Origin: a bacterium
GTDB lineage: Bacteria > Patescibacteriota > Minisyncoccia > Phycocordibacterales > CAIZLB01
Direction: 5' to 3'
DNA length: 64,000 bases
Assembly (NCBI GenBank): GCA_037127815.1
Contig: JBAXXP010000001.1
Span: 104,174 to 168,173, forward strand
Shown: one piece after another, positions 17,730 through 28,232 of the stretch
How the letters are laid out: every line of letters starts with the position of its first letter
Numbering within the stretch: the stretch's first letter is position 1
Notes under the pieces: generated by a model
Told to the model about the DNA's origin: nothing
Database searches by the model: none
The model's input: only the letters and a program-made list of their open reading frames with translations
Translations under genes and position numbers: made by a program

Positions 17730-18944
17730 CTATTCATTAAAATACACCGTACCAGAAATGGTTCGGTGTATTTTTATTTCTACACCCTTTCTTAATGGTT
17801 CATACGAGAGTCCGTCTATCAAACTTTTGGAAGCAAAAATATCCAGTACCTCTTGATGTGGGTGTCCGTATCTATTATCTATTCCGTACGACAAGACAGC
17901 ATCAGTTGGGTAAAATTTCTTAATGAAATCTTGTGCTGATGAAGTCTTTGATCCATGATGTCCAACTTTTAAAATTATCCTACTGAACTCATTTCTTAAA
18001 AACATCTCACCTGTTATAGATGTAAAATTTGGGAACCACTCAGGAAAGTGCGTTGCTGATTCCGACTTCACCAAGGCTGTAGTTTTATAAACAGAAACAT
18101 TAGGCAGAGCTGAAGCTAAAACTTTTTCAATCTTTTGTGGAGCATCTGCTGTAGCTAGGATTAAATCTTTATTTTTTATTAGAGTAACAACAGAAAATAA
18201 GTTATCTTCTTTGACCTCCGTTTTATTCAAAAAAGTAGTCATACCAGAAAATGATGGGGATAAGAAATATACACCTTCGCTCTTGGAGAAGATTATATTT
18301 TCTCCAGCAAATACTGGTAGCGTATAATTTGTAGACTTGTTGATAATAAGATCCTTAGAATTATTATTGTTGTTGTTGCCATTATTATTGGAATATCTTT
18401 TATTTTTAATAATATTGATTATTTTTTCAGAAGTAGATCTGGCTTCATAAATTGGAGAATACAAAATTAACCCAACCTTATACGAAGCAAGGATGTTGTC
18501 TATTTCTCCAACATGATCAGAATCAGGGTGAGTCAAAATAATCACGTCAATTTTTCTTCTATATTTTCCGAGTATTTTTTGTAGCTTCTCAACTATTCCA
18601 CAGCCTGGTTTACCAGTATCGATTAGCACCGTTTGGTTTTGTTTAGTTATGTAAAGTAGAGAGTCGCCTTGTCCTACATCAATAACATAGGAACCTTGAA
18701 AATTACTTGCATCATCAATATTACTCTGGCTACTGACCCAACTCTTATTTTCCTTGAGTATGGAGATATAGAAATTTCCCGATGTTACAAGAATAATTAA
18801 AATTGCCAAAACTAAAATCGACACAATTTTACTGTGGTACAATAGACGCACACCCACTCTATAGAAGGTGTCGATTTGATACAGAAACAATAGCCCTATA
18901 TTCTGTAGAATCAATTTTAAATAATTATTATATAAATTGTACAT
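17730..18944 (-). CDS. ComEC-type metallo-beta-lactamase-fold nuclease (stand-alone C-terminal part)
   Basis: DVGQGD, THPDSDHVG, LKVGHHGSKTSS, NRYGHPH; start uncertain. Confidence 0.88.
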   Translation of the reverse strand: MYNLYNNYLKLILQNIGLLFLYQIDTFYRVGVRLLYHSKIVSILVLAILIILVTSGNFYISILKENKSWVSSQSNIDDASNFQGSYVIDVGQGDSLLYITKQNQTVLIDTGKPGCGIVEKLQKILGKYRRKIDVIILTHPDSDHVGEIDNILASYKVGLILYSPIYEARSTSEKIINIIKNKRYSNNNGNNNNNNSKDLIINKSTNYTLPVFAGENIIFSKSEGVYFLSPSFSGMTTFLNKTEVKEDNLFSVVTLIKNKDLILATADAPQKIEKVLASALPNVSVYKTTALVKSESATHFPEWFPNFTSITGEMFLRNEFSRIILKVGHHGSKTSSAQDFIKKFYPTDAVLSYGIDNRYGHPHQEVLDIFASKSLIDGLSYEPLRKGVEIKIHRTISGTVYFNE

Positions 18945-18955
18945 AAACTAAAAAC

Positions 18956-19555
18956 ATGACTTTCATTGAAAAAAAATTTATTATTCCGGAACTTGAAGGT
19001 ATAAGCTCAAAGACAATTGAAGAGCATTTAAAGCTTTACTCAGGGTACGTTAAAGGTGCAAATCTTATACAAGAAAGGATCACAGGACTTCGTAGTTCTA
19101 GTGAGGAAATTACAAATAATACTTATTTGATCTCTGAACTGCAAAGGAGGTTCTCTTTTGAATTTGATGGAATGAGAAACCATGAATACTACTTTGAGCA
19201 ATTTGAAGGAGGTCCAAAGATTATAGATGAGCAAAGTGCGCTAGCTGAAAAAATCAAAGAGACATGGATATCTGTTGAACTATGGCTTGCGAGATTTAAA
19301 GAAATAGCAATGACAAGAGGTATCGGATGGGCTGTCCTTTATTTTGATAAAAAGACAAACACCTTAGAACAATCATGGGTGGAAGAACAGCATCTAGGAC
19401 ATCTTGTTGGAACAAATGTAATCCTTGCGTTAGACATGTGGGAGCATTCATATATGCTAGATTATGTACCAAATGAAAAGAAAAAATATGTAGATGCATT
19501 CTTTCAAAACCTGAACTACTCTGTTGTTGAGAAACGGTTCACAGAAGTGGTGTAG
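18956..19555 (+). CDS. Fe/Mn superoxide dismutase
   Basis: HLKLY.GYV, NHEYYF, LDMWEHSY. Confidence 0.92.
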   Translation: MTFIEKKFIIPELEGISSKTIEEHLKLYSGYVKGANLIQERITGLRSSSEEITNNTYLISELQRRFSFEFDGMRNHEYYFEQFEGGPKIIDEQSALAEKIKETWISVELWLARFKEIAMTRGIGWAVLYFDKKTNTLEQSWVEEQHLGHLVGTNVILALDMWEHSYMLDYVPNEKKKYVDAFFQNLNYSVVEKRFTEVV

Positions 19556-19640
19556 ATTTAGAAACACGAATCCTCACCTAGGTAATAAAGTGAATATTTA
19601 CCCCTCCCCACCTGCGATATAGAAAAACAATATTATGTTT

Positions 19641-19667
19641 CATCCATCAATTTTGATGGATGTTTTT
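19641..19667 (+). terminator. terminator between convergent SOD and comEC
   Basis: CATCCATCAA/TTGATGGATG followed by T-tract. Confidence 0.65.
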
Positions 19668-19684
19668 ATTTTTCTCTAATACTT

Positions 19685-21112
19685 TTATGGAGCAATCGGA
19701 GTTAAGTATTTTCTATAAATTGCTGTGGAGATGGGTATAACTGTTATGTACCAACAAAAGATAAATTGATTTGAGGTTTTTCCAATCTCAAGAATTGCTG
19801 AATCTAAACTCGAAACATACTTAACAACAAAGAGCATGTAGGAAAGAAAAATATGTGAAACAGGAGCGAATAACATACCGAGATCAACATTAATGAAACA
19901 AAGAACCCCCATGAAGAACACAGCAAGCATTGCAAAGGGAATAAGAGGTACCACAATAATATTAGCTAAAATTCCATATACAGATATTGATCCAGAGAAC
20001 TTTAATAATAAAGGAAGAGAAAATATTTGCACAGCAAAAGAAGAAGACACGATTTCTCTAAGTCCAAATCTGTCCGTTACAAAACTGAAGAAATGCTTTG
20101 ATGCATTACCTAGAAGTATAAGTCCTAAAGTACAAGCAAAACTTAATTGAAAAGAAGGATCTCCAATAATAATTAATGGGTTCTGGATTATCATCAAGAC
20201 TCCAGCTGCAAGTACAGCCTCTAGGGCACTATAATTTAGATCAAAGACTCTAGAAAAAATTCCTATCAAGGACATTATCAAGGACCTAATAACTGTAGCT
20301 CCACCACCAACCATTATGCAAAACAATATAGTTCCGATTGATCCTAAAATACCCGTTGCGAGTTTTGGTAAAAATGATAAAACTGAAATTATTACTTGCG
20401 ATACAATGGAGACATTGTATCCAGAAAGTACGACCATGTGAACAAGTCCTGATCTCTTAAAATCTTCTAATGTTTTTTTGGAAAGCTCACCTTTCCCAGT
20501 TATTAATATTCCGGAACCAAGTGCAGACTCCTCTCTGTTACCTAATGAAAGTTTAATCTTCTCTACAAAAGAATTTTTAAAATTACACAGAAAACTCTCT
20601 AATTTATATCTAGGGTCTAGTCCATAACTCTTAGTAATTTTTGCATTTACTATTTCAAATTGTACACCTCGTGCCAGAAGAAAAATATCAGAATCAAAAT
20701 CCTCCGTTACCTTCGGCAGACTCAGTGTTCCTGTGAATTTTATTTTATGACCCAAGCTACAATCTGTGCAATTCGTGATTATTCTTATCTTGTCTTTTCT
20801 GTAGGCTGGATCAAAATACCTTCTAATGTTTAGAATACTAAAAACGCCTTGAGTCCAATTATTTTTACTTTCCCTTTCAGGCGCCTTAATCTCAACAACA
20901 AGACTTTTCTTGAACCCAAAATTATCAGGTTCCTCTGCTATAACACCGATCAGTTGAACTTCCTTGTTTACCCTCTCCATCATGAACAAAGATCTTGATG
21001 TCACAAAAAAATATCTAAAGTAAATTAATATACAAAATATAATTAGTACAACTAACCAAATTGTTATGATTTTGGATTTACTTCTTTTCTTGTAATACCA
21101 ATCTGAGTTCAT
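19685..21112 (-). CDS. comEC: ComEC/Rec2 competence channel (OB + Competence domains)
   Basis: SGLVHMVVLSGYNV, DPSFQLSF, NIIVVP, many TM segments. Confidence 0.92.
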   Translation of the reverse strand: MNSDWYYKKRSKSKIITIWLVVLIIFCILIYFRYFFVTSRSLFMMERVNKEVQLIGVIAEEPDNFGFKKSLVVEIKAPERESKNNWTQGVFSILNIRRYFDPAYRKDKIRIITNCTDCSLGHKIKFTGTLSLPKVTEDFDSDIFLLARGVQFEIVNAKITKSYGLDPRYKLESFLCNFKNSFVEKIKLSLGNREESALGSGILITGKGELSKKTLEDFKRSGLVHMVVLSGYNVSIVSQVIISVLSFLPKLATGILGSIGTILFCIMVGGGATVIRSLIMSLIGIFSRVFDLNYSALEAVLAAGVLMIIQNPLIIIGDPSFQLSFACTLGLILLGNASKHFFSFVTDRFGLREIVSSSFAVQIFSLPLLLKFSGSISVYGILANIIVVPLIPFAMLAVFFMGVLCFINVDLGMLFAPVSHIFLSYMLFVVKYVSSLDSAILEIGKTSNQFIFCWYITVIPISTAIYRKYLTPIAP

Positions 21113-21162
21113 CTATGGATTATAGATAATGAAGATGAGTTTTCTATAAATATTTTCTAAAG

Positions 21163-21197
21163 AAAAAGCCTAGAAATTATAAATTTCTAGGCTTTTT
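21163..21197 (-). terminator. terminator after rnhA
   Basis: AAAAAGCCTAGAAATT...AATTTCTAGGCTTTTT. Confidence 0.8.
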
Positions 21198-21226
21198 AAA
21201 ATTTTATATTTTCACCTCTACCACCA

Positions 21227-22027
21227 CTATCGTGACATAAAATCTTTTGTTATCTTTTCTTGATCAGCTAGTGATACAGCTTTTTTAAACAGAACCCCTT
21301 TTTGTCCTTTAACTTTTTTCTCACAATCTGCCCAACTTTTGTCATAGCTTATAACCCCTCCGACTTTACTAACATAAGAATACGCTTTAGCAGAACTTGA
21401 AGAACTTTTGGACGCTCCATTTTTTTTCTTATCGTCTTTAGCTTCTTTAATTAAATCGGGATTATAAAAAACATCCAAAATTTTTAAGTCTGTATAATCA
21501 GATAATTTCCCATTAAATAACTCTGGTTTTATATCATCAGCAAAACCTGTTGCAATTTGATCACAGATTTCATTACCCTCAACACCGGCATGACCCGGCA
21601 AAAGTATCCAATCAATTTTTTTACCCTTAATTAATTCTGACATTGATTCCCATAAATCCTGATTTTTTACAACATCACCAGATGCAGTTTTCCAGCCATT
21701 TTTTGCCCATCCAAAAACCCACGCAGTTGATCCATTTACAACATATTTTGAGTCTGTATAAATATGAAAAATTGAAGATCCTTCAATTTTAGATTTCTCA
21801 TAGTACTTTAGTCCAGAAATAACGGCCTCCAACTCCATTCTATTATTTGTAGTCACAACCTCCCTCCCCCCTAACTCTTTAACATGCAATCTGTCAAAAT
21901 TACCAGATTCTTTTTTGTCAGAAAAACTACTTGATTCTCCAGTTACTACGATTGCTCCATAACCACCCCTTCCTGGATTTCCTCTGGAAGCTCCATCTGA
22001 AAATATTAAAACTGTGTTTTTTGACAT
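21227..22027 (-). CDS. rnhA: ribonuclease HI with C-terminal hybrid-binding (Cauli_VI-like) domain
   Basis: SDGASRGNPG.GG, TTNNRMEL, TDSKYV, GHAG..GNE.CD; C-terminal SWADCEKKVKG...FKK. Confidence 0.93.
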   Translation of the reverse strand: MSKNTVLIFSDGASRGNPGRGGYGAIVVTGESSSFSDKKESGNFDRLHVKELGGREVVTTNNRMELEAVISGLKYYEKSKIEGSSIFHIYTDSKYVVNGSTAWVFGWAKNGWKTASGDVVKNQDLWESMSELIKGKKIDWILLPGHAGVEGNEICDQIATGFADDIKPELFNGKLSDYTDLKILDVFYNPDLIKEAKDDKKKNGASKSSSSSAKAYSYVSKVGGVISYDKSWADCEKKVKGQKGVLFKKAVSLADQEKITKDFMSR

Positions 22028-22032
22028 ATAAC

Positions 22033-23799
22033 TTAGATTATATCAACAATTCTGATTCTTAGCACAGCAGGAAATGAGAAAGTGGATTTCTCTAAATTAC
22101 CCAGGACGGTTCTTCTGACAGGGTTCCCTTTTTTGATTTCTTCATCAATTTCTTCAAAAATAGCCGTGTCTGCAAAAAACTGAATAGCCTTAAGTTTACC
22201 AAAAGTCATCTCCATATGCTCACCTTTCTTACCAAACATCTTAATGCCGTCAATTTTTATGTCTTTAAATACAAACAAGGGCTTCGCATTACCTTCACCA
22301 AATGGCATCATTTTTTCTAATTCGCTCCACATTTTCCAAGTAACCTGTTCTGGTAGCAGGATAGCATCAGCAGTATATTTTTGAACCTTTGACTCTTCTG
22401 AACTTATTCCGTAAAGCGCCTTAAAGCTTTCCTTAATTCTGTCTCTAAATTCATGTATACAATCATCATTTATTGAATAACCTCCAGCAAAGGAGTGCCC
22501 ACCTGCATTTATAAACAATTTTGGGTGTTTTTCCTGAATATCACGCATTATCGAGACAACATCACAGAAACCATCTGATCTACAAGACCCCTTAATCATA
22601 CCTTCGCCTCTTCCCCACAGAAAAACTGGTACCCCATAGTCTTTTACAAGGGTTGTGGAAACTAAACCAAGCAGTGTAGGGCTCCAATCAGGGTTTCCTA
22701 CAACCATAATGTCATCACCATCCAATTTCAGCTCTTTTATCAATTTATGAATGTCCTTACTCATCTTTGCAACTACTACCTTTCTCTCGTCATTGATAGA
22801 ATTCAAGTGTTTCACCATACTTTCAGCCTCAGAAGCATCTGTTGTAGATAAAAGAAGAAAAGCATCCCTTGGATCAGCCATTCTTGATGCAGCATTGATT
22901 CTAGGTGTAATCAGAAAGGTTATATCCTCCTCTACCAGGTCCTTTTGAGACATCTTTAGAGCTCTAAATAGCTTAATAAGGCCAAGTCTTTGGGTTTTTC
23001 TCAGAACCATTAGACCAAATCTGGCAAAAACCCTGTTTTCATTAATCAAAGGCACCATATCAGACAATGTTGCTATACCAACCATGTCCAATAGCCATTT
23101 TTCCCAACCTTCCTTGATATCAAACTTGCTTTCATGGGCTTTATCGTAAGAAATTAAGGCTTGAACGATTTTATAGGCAACCCCAGCTCCACATAGCATC
23201 TTGTCTGGGTATGCGCAATCCAGCCTTTTTGGGTCGACAACGGCACAGGCTGGGGGTAATTCCTTATCTGGCAAGTGGTGATCTGTAATTATAACGTCAA
23301 TTCCAAGCTCATTAGCTCTTTTTACAGTCTCAACATCTGTTATTCCACAGTCTACAGTTATAACAAGCATCCCTTTATGATTAACATCAGCCTTATTCTC
23401 TATCGCTAGAGCTTCAATTACATGCAAGTGAAACCCAAAACCCTCTTTGTGCCTGTGAGGGATGTAATTTACAAAATTAGTGTATGAAACCTTCTTAAAG
23501 AAATCATGCAACACAACAGAAGCGGGGATACCATCGGCATCAAAATCACCATAGATAACAATTTTTTCATTATTATTCATAGCTTTATTGATTCTTATAA
23601 CAGCCTTCTCCATATCCATCATCAAAAATGGATCATGTATGTGATTATCATAGTCTGGATTAAGAAATGCTTCCCTTTCGTCCGGTTTCACACCTCTGGC
23701 ATTCAACAAATGATCAAGCATTGTATTGCCAGACCATTCTCTGACCTCATAATTCTTAATTTTTTTAGTTTTTTTATCTTTAGATCTTTTCAATATCAT
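22033..23799 (-). CDS. recJ: ssDNA exonuclease RecJ
   Basis: YGDFDADG, TVDCG, TDHH, PRINAA.R, GGH, PFG.GN; start at 23799 or TTG 23793. Confidence 0.96.
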   Translation of the reverse strand: MILKRSKDKKTKKIKNYEVREWSGNTMLDHLLNARGVKPDEREAFLNPDYDNHIHDPFLMMDMEKAVIRINKAMNNNEKIVIYGDFDADGIPASVVLHDFFKKVSYTNFVNYIPHRHKEGFGFHLHVIEALAIENKADVNHKGMLVITVDCGITDVETVKRANELGIDVIITDHHLPDKELPPACAVVDPKRLDCAYPDKMLCGAGVAYKIVQALISYDKAHESKFDIKEGWEKWLLDMVGIATLSDMVPLINENRVFARFGLMVLRKTQRLGLIKLFRALKMSQKDLVEEDITFLITPRINAASRMADPRDAFLLLSTTDASEAESMVKHLNSINDERKVVVAKMSKDIHKLIKELKLDGDDIMVVGNPDWSPTLLGLVSTTLVKDYGVPVFLWGRGEGMIKGSCRSDGFCDVVSIMRDIQEKHPKLFINAGGHSFAGGYSINDDCIHEFRDRIKESFKALYGISSEESKVQKYTADAILLPEQVTWKMWSELEKMMPFGEGNAKPLFVFKDIKIDGIKMFGKKGEHMEMTFGKLKAIQFFADTAIFEEIDEEIKKGNPVRRTVLGNLEKSTFSFPAVLRIRIVDII

Positions 23800-23822
23800 G
23801 ATTCTAGCATAAAATAGACAAC

Positions 23823-24281
23823 ATGACTGACTCAAACAACGACAATACATTTCAGGACACAAATAATAACCATAATGAAGACTGCGTATTCTGCAAAATT
23901 ATAGATGGAACAATACCTGCTTATAAGGTATATGAGGATAGTGAAACACTTGCGTTCCTAAACATACAACCCAATAACTATGGTCAAACATTGGTTATTC
24001 CAAAGGATCACACAGAAAATATATATACAATATCTGATGAATTACTTTGCAGAGTGATGTTAAGTGCCAAAAAGGTGGCTATTGCCATAAGAAATGGTAC
24101 CGATGTAGATGGAGTAAATATAATAATAAATAATGAAGTTGCTGCAGGGCAAGCTATAAACCACCTTCATGTGCATGTTATACCAAGAATAAATGATGAT
24201 GGATTCAAAAACTGGGAACCAAAGGAATACAAGGAGGGCGACATGAAGGTTTATCAGGACAAGATTGTAGCAGAACTTTAA
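23823..24281 (+). CDS. HIT family hydrolase
   Basis: CVFCKI, HLHVHVIPR. Confidence 0.95.
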   Translation: MTDSNNDNTFQDTNNNHNEDCVFCKIIDGTIPAYKVYEDSETLAFLNIQPNNYGQTLVIPKDHTENIYTISDELLCRVMLSAKKVAIAIRNGTDVDGVNIIINNEVAAGQAINHLHVHVIPRINDDGFKNWEPKEYKEGDMKVYQDKIVAEL

Positions 24282-24291
24282 TCCCAGTATT

Positions 24292-24822
24292 CTATCTGAC
24301 AACAAAACCTATTGGTTCTTTAGGTGTTTCTTTTTCTGTGATAATCAACCTTATAATTCTAAATATCTCTTTAAAATCAGCCTCGTTGTTTAATTCCATT
24401 TCTTCAACTTTTTGCTTGAGGTCCTTGTAATCGTCTACCATCTCACGAAGTCTCGTAAAAACTCTCATAATTTGAATATTTACTTGAATAGCAAGCTTGC
24501 TATTCAGTACGCCAGAAAGCATAGCTACCCCTTGTTCTGTAAATGCCAAAGGAGGTTTTCTTAGGCTTTTTTTAAGGCTGGGATTGGATATCACATTTTG
24601 TGATATCCAATTGTCTGTTTCTTCTCGCGTAAGCTCGAACATAAAATCATTTGGAAATCTATCTAAATTTCTTTTTACAGACTGATTCAAACGCATTGTT
24701 TGCACCTCATATAATATTGCCAAATCTCTATCCAACATCACCTTCTGTCCTCTAATAATATAAATATTATCTTTTATGAGACTAATGTTTAATGAAACTT
24801 CTTCTATCTGTTTTTCTTTCAT
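24292..24822 (-). CDS. ORF6N-domain DNA-binding protein
   Basis: IRGQKVMLDRDLA.LY, RFPNDFMF, FTEQGVAMLS. Confidence 0.9.
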   Translation of the reverse strand: MKEKQIEEVSLNISLIKDNIYIIRGQKVMLDRDLAILYEVQTMRLNQSVKRNLDRFPNDFMFELTREETDNWISQNVISNPSLKKSLRKPPLAFTEQGVAMLSGVLNSKLAIQVNIQIMRVFTRLREMVDDYKDLKQKVEEMELNNEADFKEIFRIIRLIITEKETPKEPIGFVVR

Positions 24823-24891
24823 AAGGAAGAATATAACAAATAGACATGAAGTTTCTATAAAGAAATTCTAAAGAAAAACAGTAGAGCTTAC

Positions 24892-26127
24892 TTATCTCAA
24901 TGCCTCTATACCCGGCAGAGTCTCATTTACTAAGAAATCAATCATAGCCCCTCCCCCAGTTGATACAAAAATATTATTGTGACTCTTGGCCGCACCACTT
25001 ACACCATTAGTATTTTCTGGCAACTCGTCCAACCCAAGTGATTTTACAGCAGCAACAGTGTCACCTCCTCCAATTGCGCCCTTAACACCACTTTCAATTA
25101 AAAGTTTTGCAAGAGCAATTGTTTGATCGGTGAAACCATTTTCATAATTACCAAGAGGACCATTCCATAGAACAAATTTTGCTGAAGTGATTAGTGGCTT
25201 AATTACATCCATAAGGGACGCGCCTGCATCTACAATAATATCGTTATCAGATACCTCTCCTATTTTTTTAGCAGAAACTTTTTTGATATCATCAAAATCA
25301 TGCACAACAACATCATTTCCGATAATTAATTTTGGATTAGAGACAACATCAGAGATATCTACTGAACCGTCTGAGACTAATGACCTACCAACATTAAATC
25401 CACGAGCTTTATAAACATCGTTAACTAATGCTCCACCCAAAACAACAGAATCTGCCTTATCCAAATATTTTTTAATCAAAGGTAATTTTGTATCAAACTT
25501 AGCACCACCTAAAATAAAAACAAAAGGATGAGGAGGGTCAATTGCTTCACTCAATGAAGTTATTTCCTTCATTAATTGAATACCAGCAAAGTGTGACAAA
25601 AATCTTGGAACTCCAATAACTGATGCATGCTTTCTGTGAGAAACAGCAAAAGCATCATTTACATAATAATCAGCATAACTCGCAAGTTCTTTTGAAAAAA
25701 CTTCATCATTACTTTTTTCACCTTCATTCACCCTAAGATTCTGAAGAAGAATAATTTCACCATCCACCATGGAATCAATAGTCTTTTTTACATTTTCTCC
25801 AACAACCTCACTAATATACCTAACGTTAAGATCAAGTGAGTCATTAAAGTGTTTAGCTACAATTTCCATTCCAGATCCATCCTTTGTTTCTATATGTGAA
25901 ATCAAAACAACTTTTGCACCGCTGTTTTTCAAAAGATTTACAGTAGGAAGAATAGCTCTCATTCTTAGATCTTCAACTATTATTCCATCGATAATTGGAA
26001 CATTAAAATCAACTCTTACCAGGAAGGTTTTAGATCTAATTTTATCGATAGTATCATCATTATTTTTTACAAATTCCTCAATTCCAATTATCCCTTTTGT
26101 GATTTCCGTTAAATTTTTATCTGACAT
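24892..26127 (-). CDS. pgk: phosphoglycerate kinase
   Basis: RVDFNVP, DAF..SHR.HAS, WNGP.G, GGGDT, STGGGA. Confidence 0.97.
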   Translation of the reverse strand: MSDKNLTEITKGIIGIEEFVKNNDDTIDKIRSKTFLVRVDFNVPIIDGIIVEDLRMRAILPTVNLLKNSGAKVVLISHIETKDGSGMEIVAKHFNDSLDLNVRYISEVVGENVKKTIDSMVDGEIILLQNLRVNEGEKSNDEVFSKELASYADYYVNDAFAVSHRKHASVIGVPRFLSHFAGIQLMKEITSLSEAIDPPHPFVFILGGAKFDTKLPLIKKYLDKADSVVLGGALVNDVYKARGFNVGRSLVSDGSVDISDVVSNPKLIIGNDVVVHDFDDIKKVSAKKIGEVSDNDIIVDAGASLMDVIKPLITSAKFVLWNGPLGNYENGFTDQTIALAKLLIESGVKGAIGGGDTVAAVKSLGLDELPENTNGVSGAAKSHNNIFVSTGGGAMIDFLVNETLPGIEALR

Positions 26128-26128
26128 T

Positions 26129-26941
26129 TTATTTTTTCTTTTTTAATTTTATTTTAGGCTTCTTTTTTTCAATATTAAGTGATTGGCAAATACTTTTAAG
26201 ACCCTCTGGTTGCCACCCTGCGCGCCCCACAAGAAGCCCATCAACATCTCCATTGTGAACCAGGTCTTGCGCATTATCAGGAGTCACAGAACCTCCATAG
26301 ACAATTTTAACGATACTTGCAATACTTTCTCCCCAATTGTCTTTTAAATATTTTCTGATTAAAATTACAATCTGGTGAATTTCATGTGCTGTTATTGCTA
26401 TATTCTGTGAATTATTTACAGCCCATAGTGGTTCATATGCAATAACTAAATTAGCAAACTGCTGACGTGATGTATAAATAAGAACTTCCTTAAGTTGATT
26501 TTTAATAACAGTTAAATATTCTGCGTCATTATCTCTTTCTGCCTCGCCTACACAAACAATGCCAATCATTCCAGCAGCAAGAACTTTTTGCAACTTTTGA
26601 GCTATAAGAGAAGTATCTTCACCTATCGCGCGTCTTTCAGAATGACCAACTATTATATGAGAAACACCTGCGCTTTTAAGCATTACCGCGGAAATCTCTC
26701 CAGTATGGGCACCTGATTCAAATTTGGATATGTCTTGTGCGCCAATTTTTATCTTACCTTTTGGTCCACCAGCCATTTGGGATAATGTCGCAATAAATGG
26801 AAAAGGTGGGCAAATAATAGTCTCCGTCATCTTCAACTTGTCTACACCCCTTTTGATTACAGCCATCTTAGCCTTAGCTTCAACTAAGGTATTTGGCGTC
26901 ATTTTCCAGTTTGCAATTACTAAGATCTTTTTTGGCTTCAT
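26129..26941 (-). CDS. tpiA: triosephosphate isomerase
   Basis: NWKM, GHSERR, AYEP.WA, YGGSV. Confidence 0.96.
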   Translation of the reverse strand: MKPKKILVIANWKMTPNTLVEAKAKMAVIKRGVDKLKMTETIICPPFPFIATLSQMAGGPKGKIKIGAQDISKFESGAHTGEISAVMLKSAGVSHIIVGHSERRAIGEDTSLIAQKLQKVLAAGMIGIVCVGEAERDNDAEYLTVIKNQLKEVLIYTSRQQFANLVIAYEPLWAVNNSQNIAITAHEIHQIVILIRKYLKDNWGESIASIVKIVYGGSVTPDNAQDLVHNGDVDGLLVGRAGWQPEGLKSICQSLNIEKKKPKIKLKKKK

Positions 26942-27042
26942 ATATTTAAAATTATACCAAAAAAAATAAAGTTATACACAAAATAGTAGTGGAAAACATG
27001 TTGTAATATTGAATACGCAAGCAAAAAACTTTTGAGTCTTAT

Positions 27043-28203
27043 CTACTCTATCTCTTTTAGACTGTTTATACCCCAAATAGTAGAAGTACTTGAATTAAAG
27101 TTTATATTTACTAAATATGGATCATAGGTAATACTTGAAGAATTAGCCATACTTAAATGATTAGCGAAAACAGCCTTTGTGTTTGAAGTATTCGATAAGT
27201 AAATAGCGCCGTATGGAGCAACAAGAAAGGCACTGGCTAGAGCAGAGTTACTTATACTTATAGCCGGGTCACCACCAGTACAATCAATATTGGTGCAACC
27301 GTTTGTACTTTCAGATACTAATATAATATTACTTCCCAAAGTTCCGCTTCCGCCTAAATATGCGGAGTTTTTCATTATAATTGTTCCTCCAACTACTATA
27401 GTTTCTGATTTTGATCCATAACTAGGACTAAGTTGAACTGTGGAGGTGTTATCAAGCTCTACATTGCCTGTTACATAAAGTGGCCCCCCAAGTGTTAAAA
27501 CACTACTTTGATCCAGTTTAAGATTACCAATAATTTTAGCCGCACCAATTGTTGATGTCGCCTTACCGTTTAAATCCAAACCTCCATTAATAATAATTCC
27601 TGAGCTAGCCTGATTCTTCCATCCATTTATGTCACTGTCTGATATTGGCATATTTACGGAGTTGGTGGAGGTTGAAAGGGTTCCTGTTATCAGGGACGTA
27701 TTTAGCAGCAAACTGCCATCTAATGAAAAAACATCACCATGTATTACAGAACTATTATCCATTCTAAGACCACCAGACGAAAGCCATGCTCCATAATTAA
27801 ATGAAATATCCTTGTTTGAACTTAAAATAGTTTTTGTCTTTCTGGCAAACAAACTGTATGCACTACTTGAAATGACTTCTTTTGTACTTGAATTAACATC
27901 AGCAATTGAAATACCTGTATTACTATTCAAAATTGACAAACTAAGTACTGATGGAACAATCTTTCCTTTGTTTAATCGGTATAAAACTTCTTCATCTCCT
28001 GTTAATGAATTCAATAGGGACTGTTTTGATGTTAAGTAATCACTTGTATTTTTAACCTGGTCAGCAATAGGTAAAGATAACCCAAATAGAATAATTGTAG
28101 AAATTGCTAGTGTTAATATAACAGCAATTAAAACAGCTTGGCCAGACTCTCTATTTGGAGCTTTCTTTTTTTTATTCTTTGTTTTTAATATGCGATTACT
28201 CAT
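27043..28203 (-). CDS. PilX-like minor pilin with beta-helix-like C-terminus
   Basis: basic leader then G-QAVLIAV (no E5); end of pilin cluster. Confidence 0.7.
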   Translation of the reverse strand: MSNRILKTKNKKKKAPNRESGQAVLIAVILTLAISTIILFGLSLPIADQVKNTSDYLTSKQSLLNSLTGDEEVLYRLNKGKIVPSVLSLSILNSNTGISIADVNSSTKEVISSSAYSLFARKTKTILSSNKDISFNYGAWLSSGGLRMDNSSVIHGDVFSLDGSLLLNTSLITGTLSTSTNSVNMPISDSDINGWKNQASSGIIINGGLDLNGKATSTIGAAKIIGNLKLDQSSVLTLGGPLYVTGNVELDNTSTVQLSPSYGSKSETIVVGGTIIMKNSAYLGGSGTLGSNIILVSESTNGCTNIDCTGGDPAISISNSALASAFLVAPYGAIYLSNTSNTKAVFANHLSMANSSSITYDPYLVNINFNSSTSTIWGINSLKEIE

Positions 28204-28232
28204 TTTAGCTTATTTAATAATACAACAATTGT

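Noticed and set aside
18355-18392. Asn-rich trinucleotide run in the MBL gene
   Set aside because: Low-complexity in-frame loop, not a repeat element
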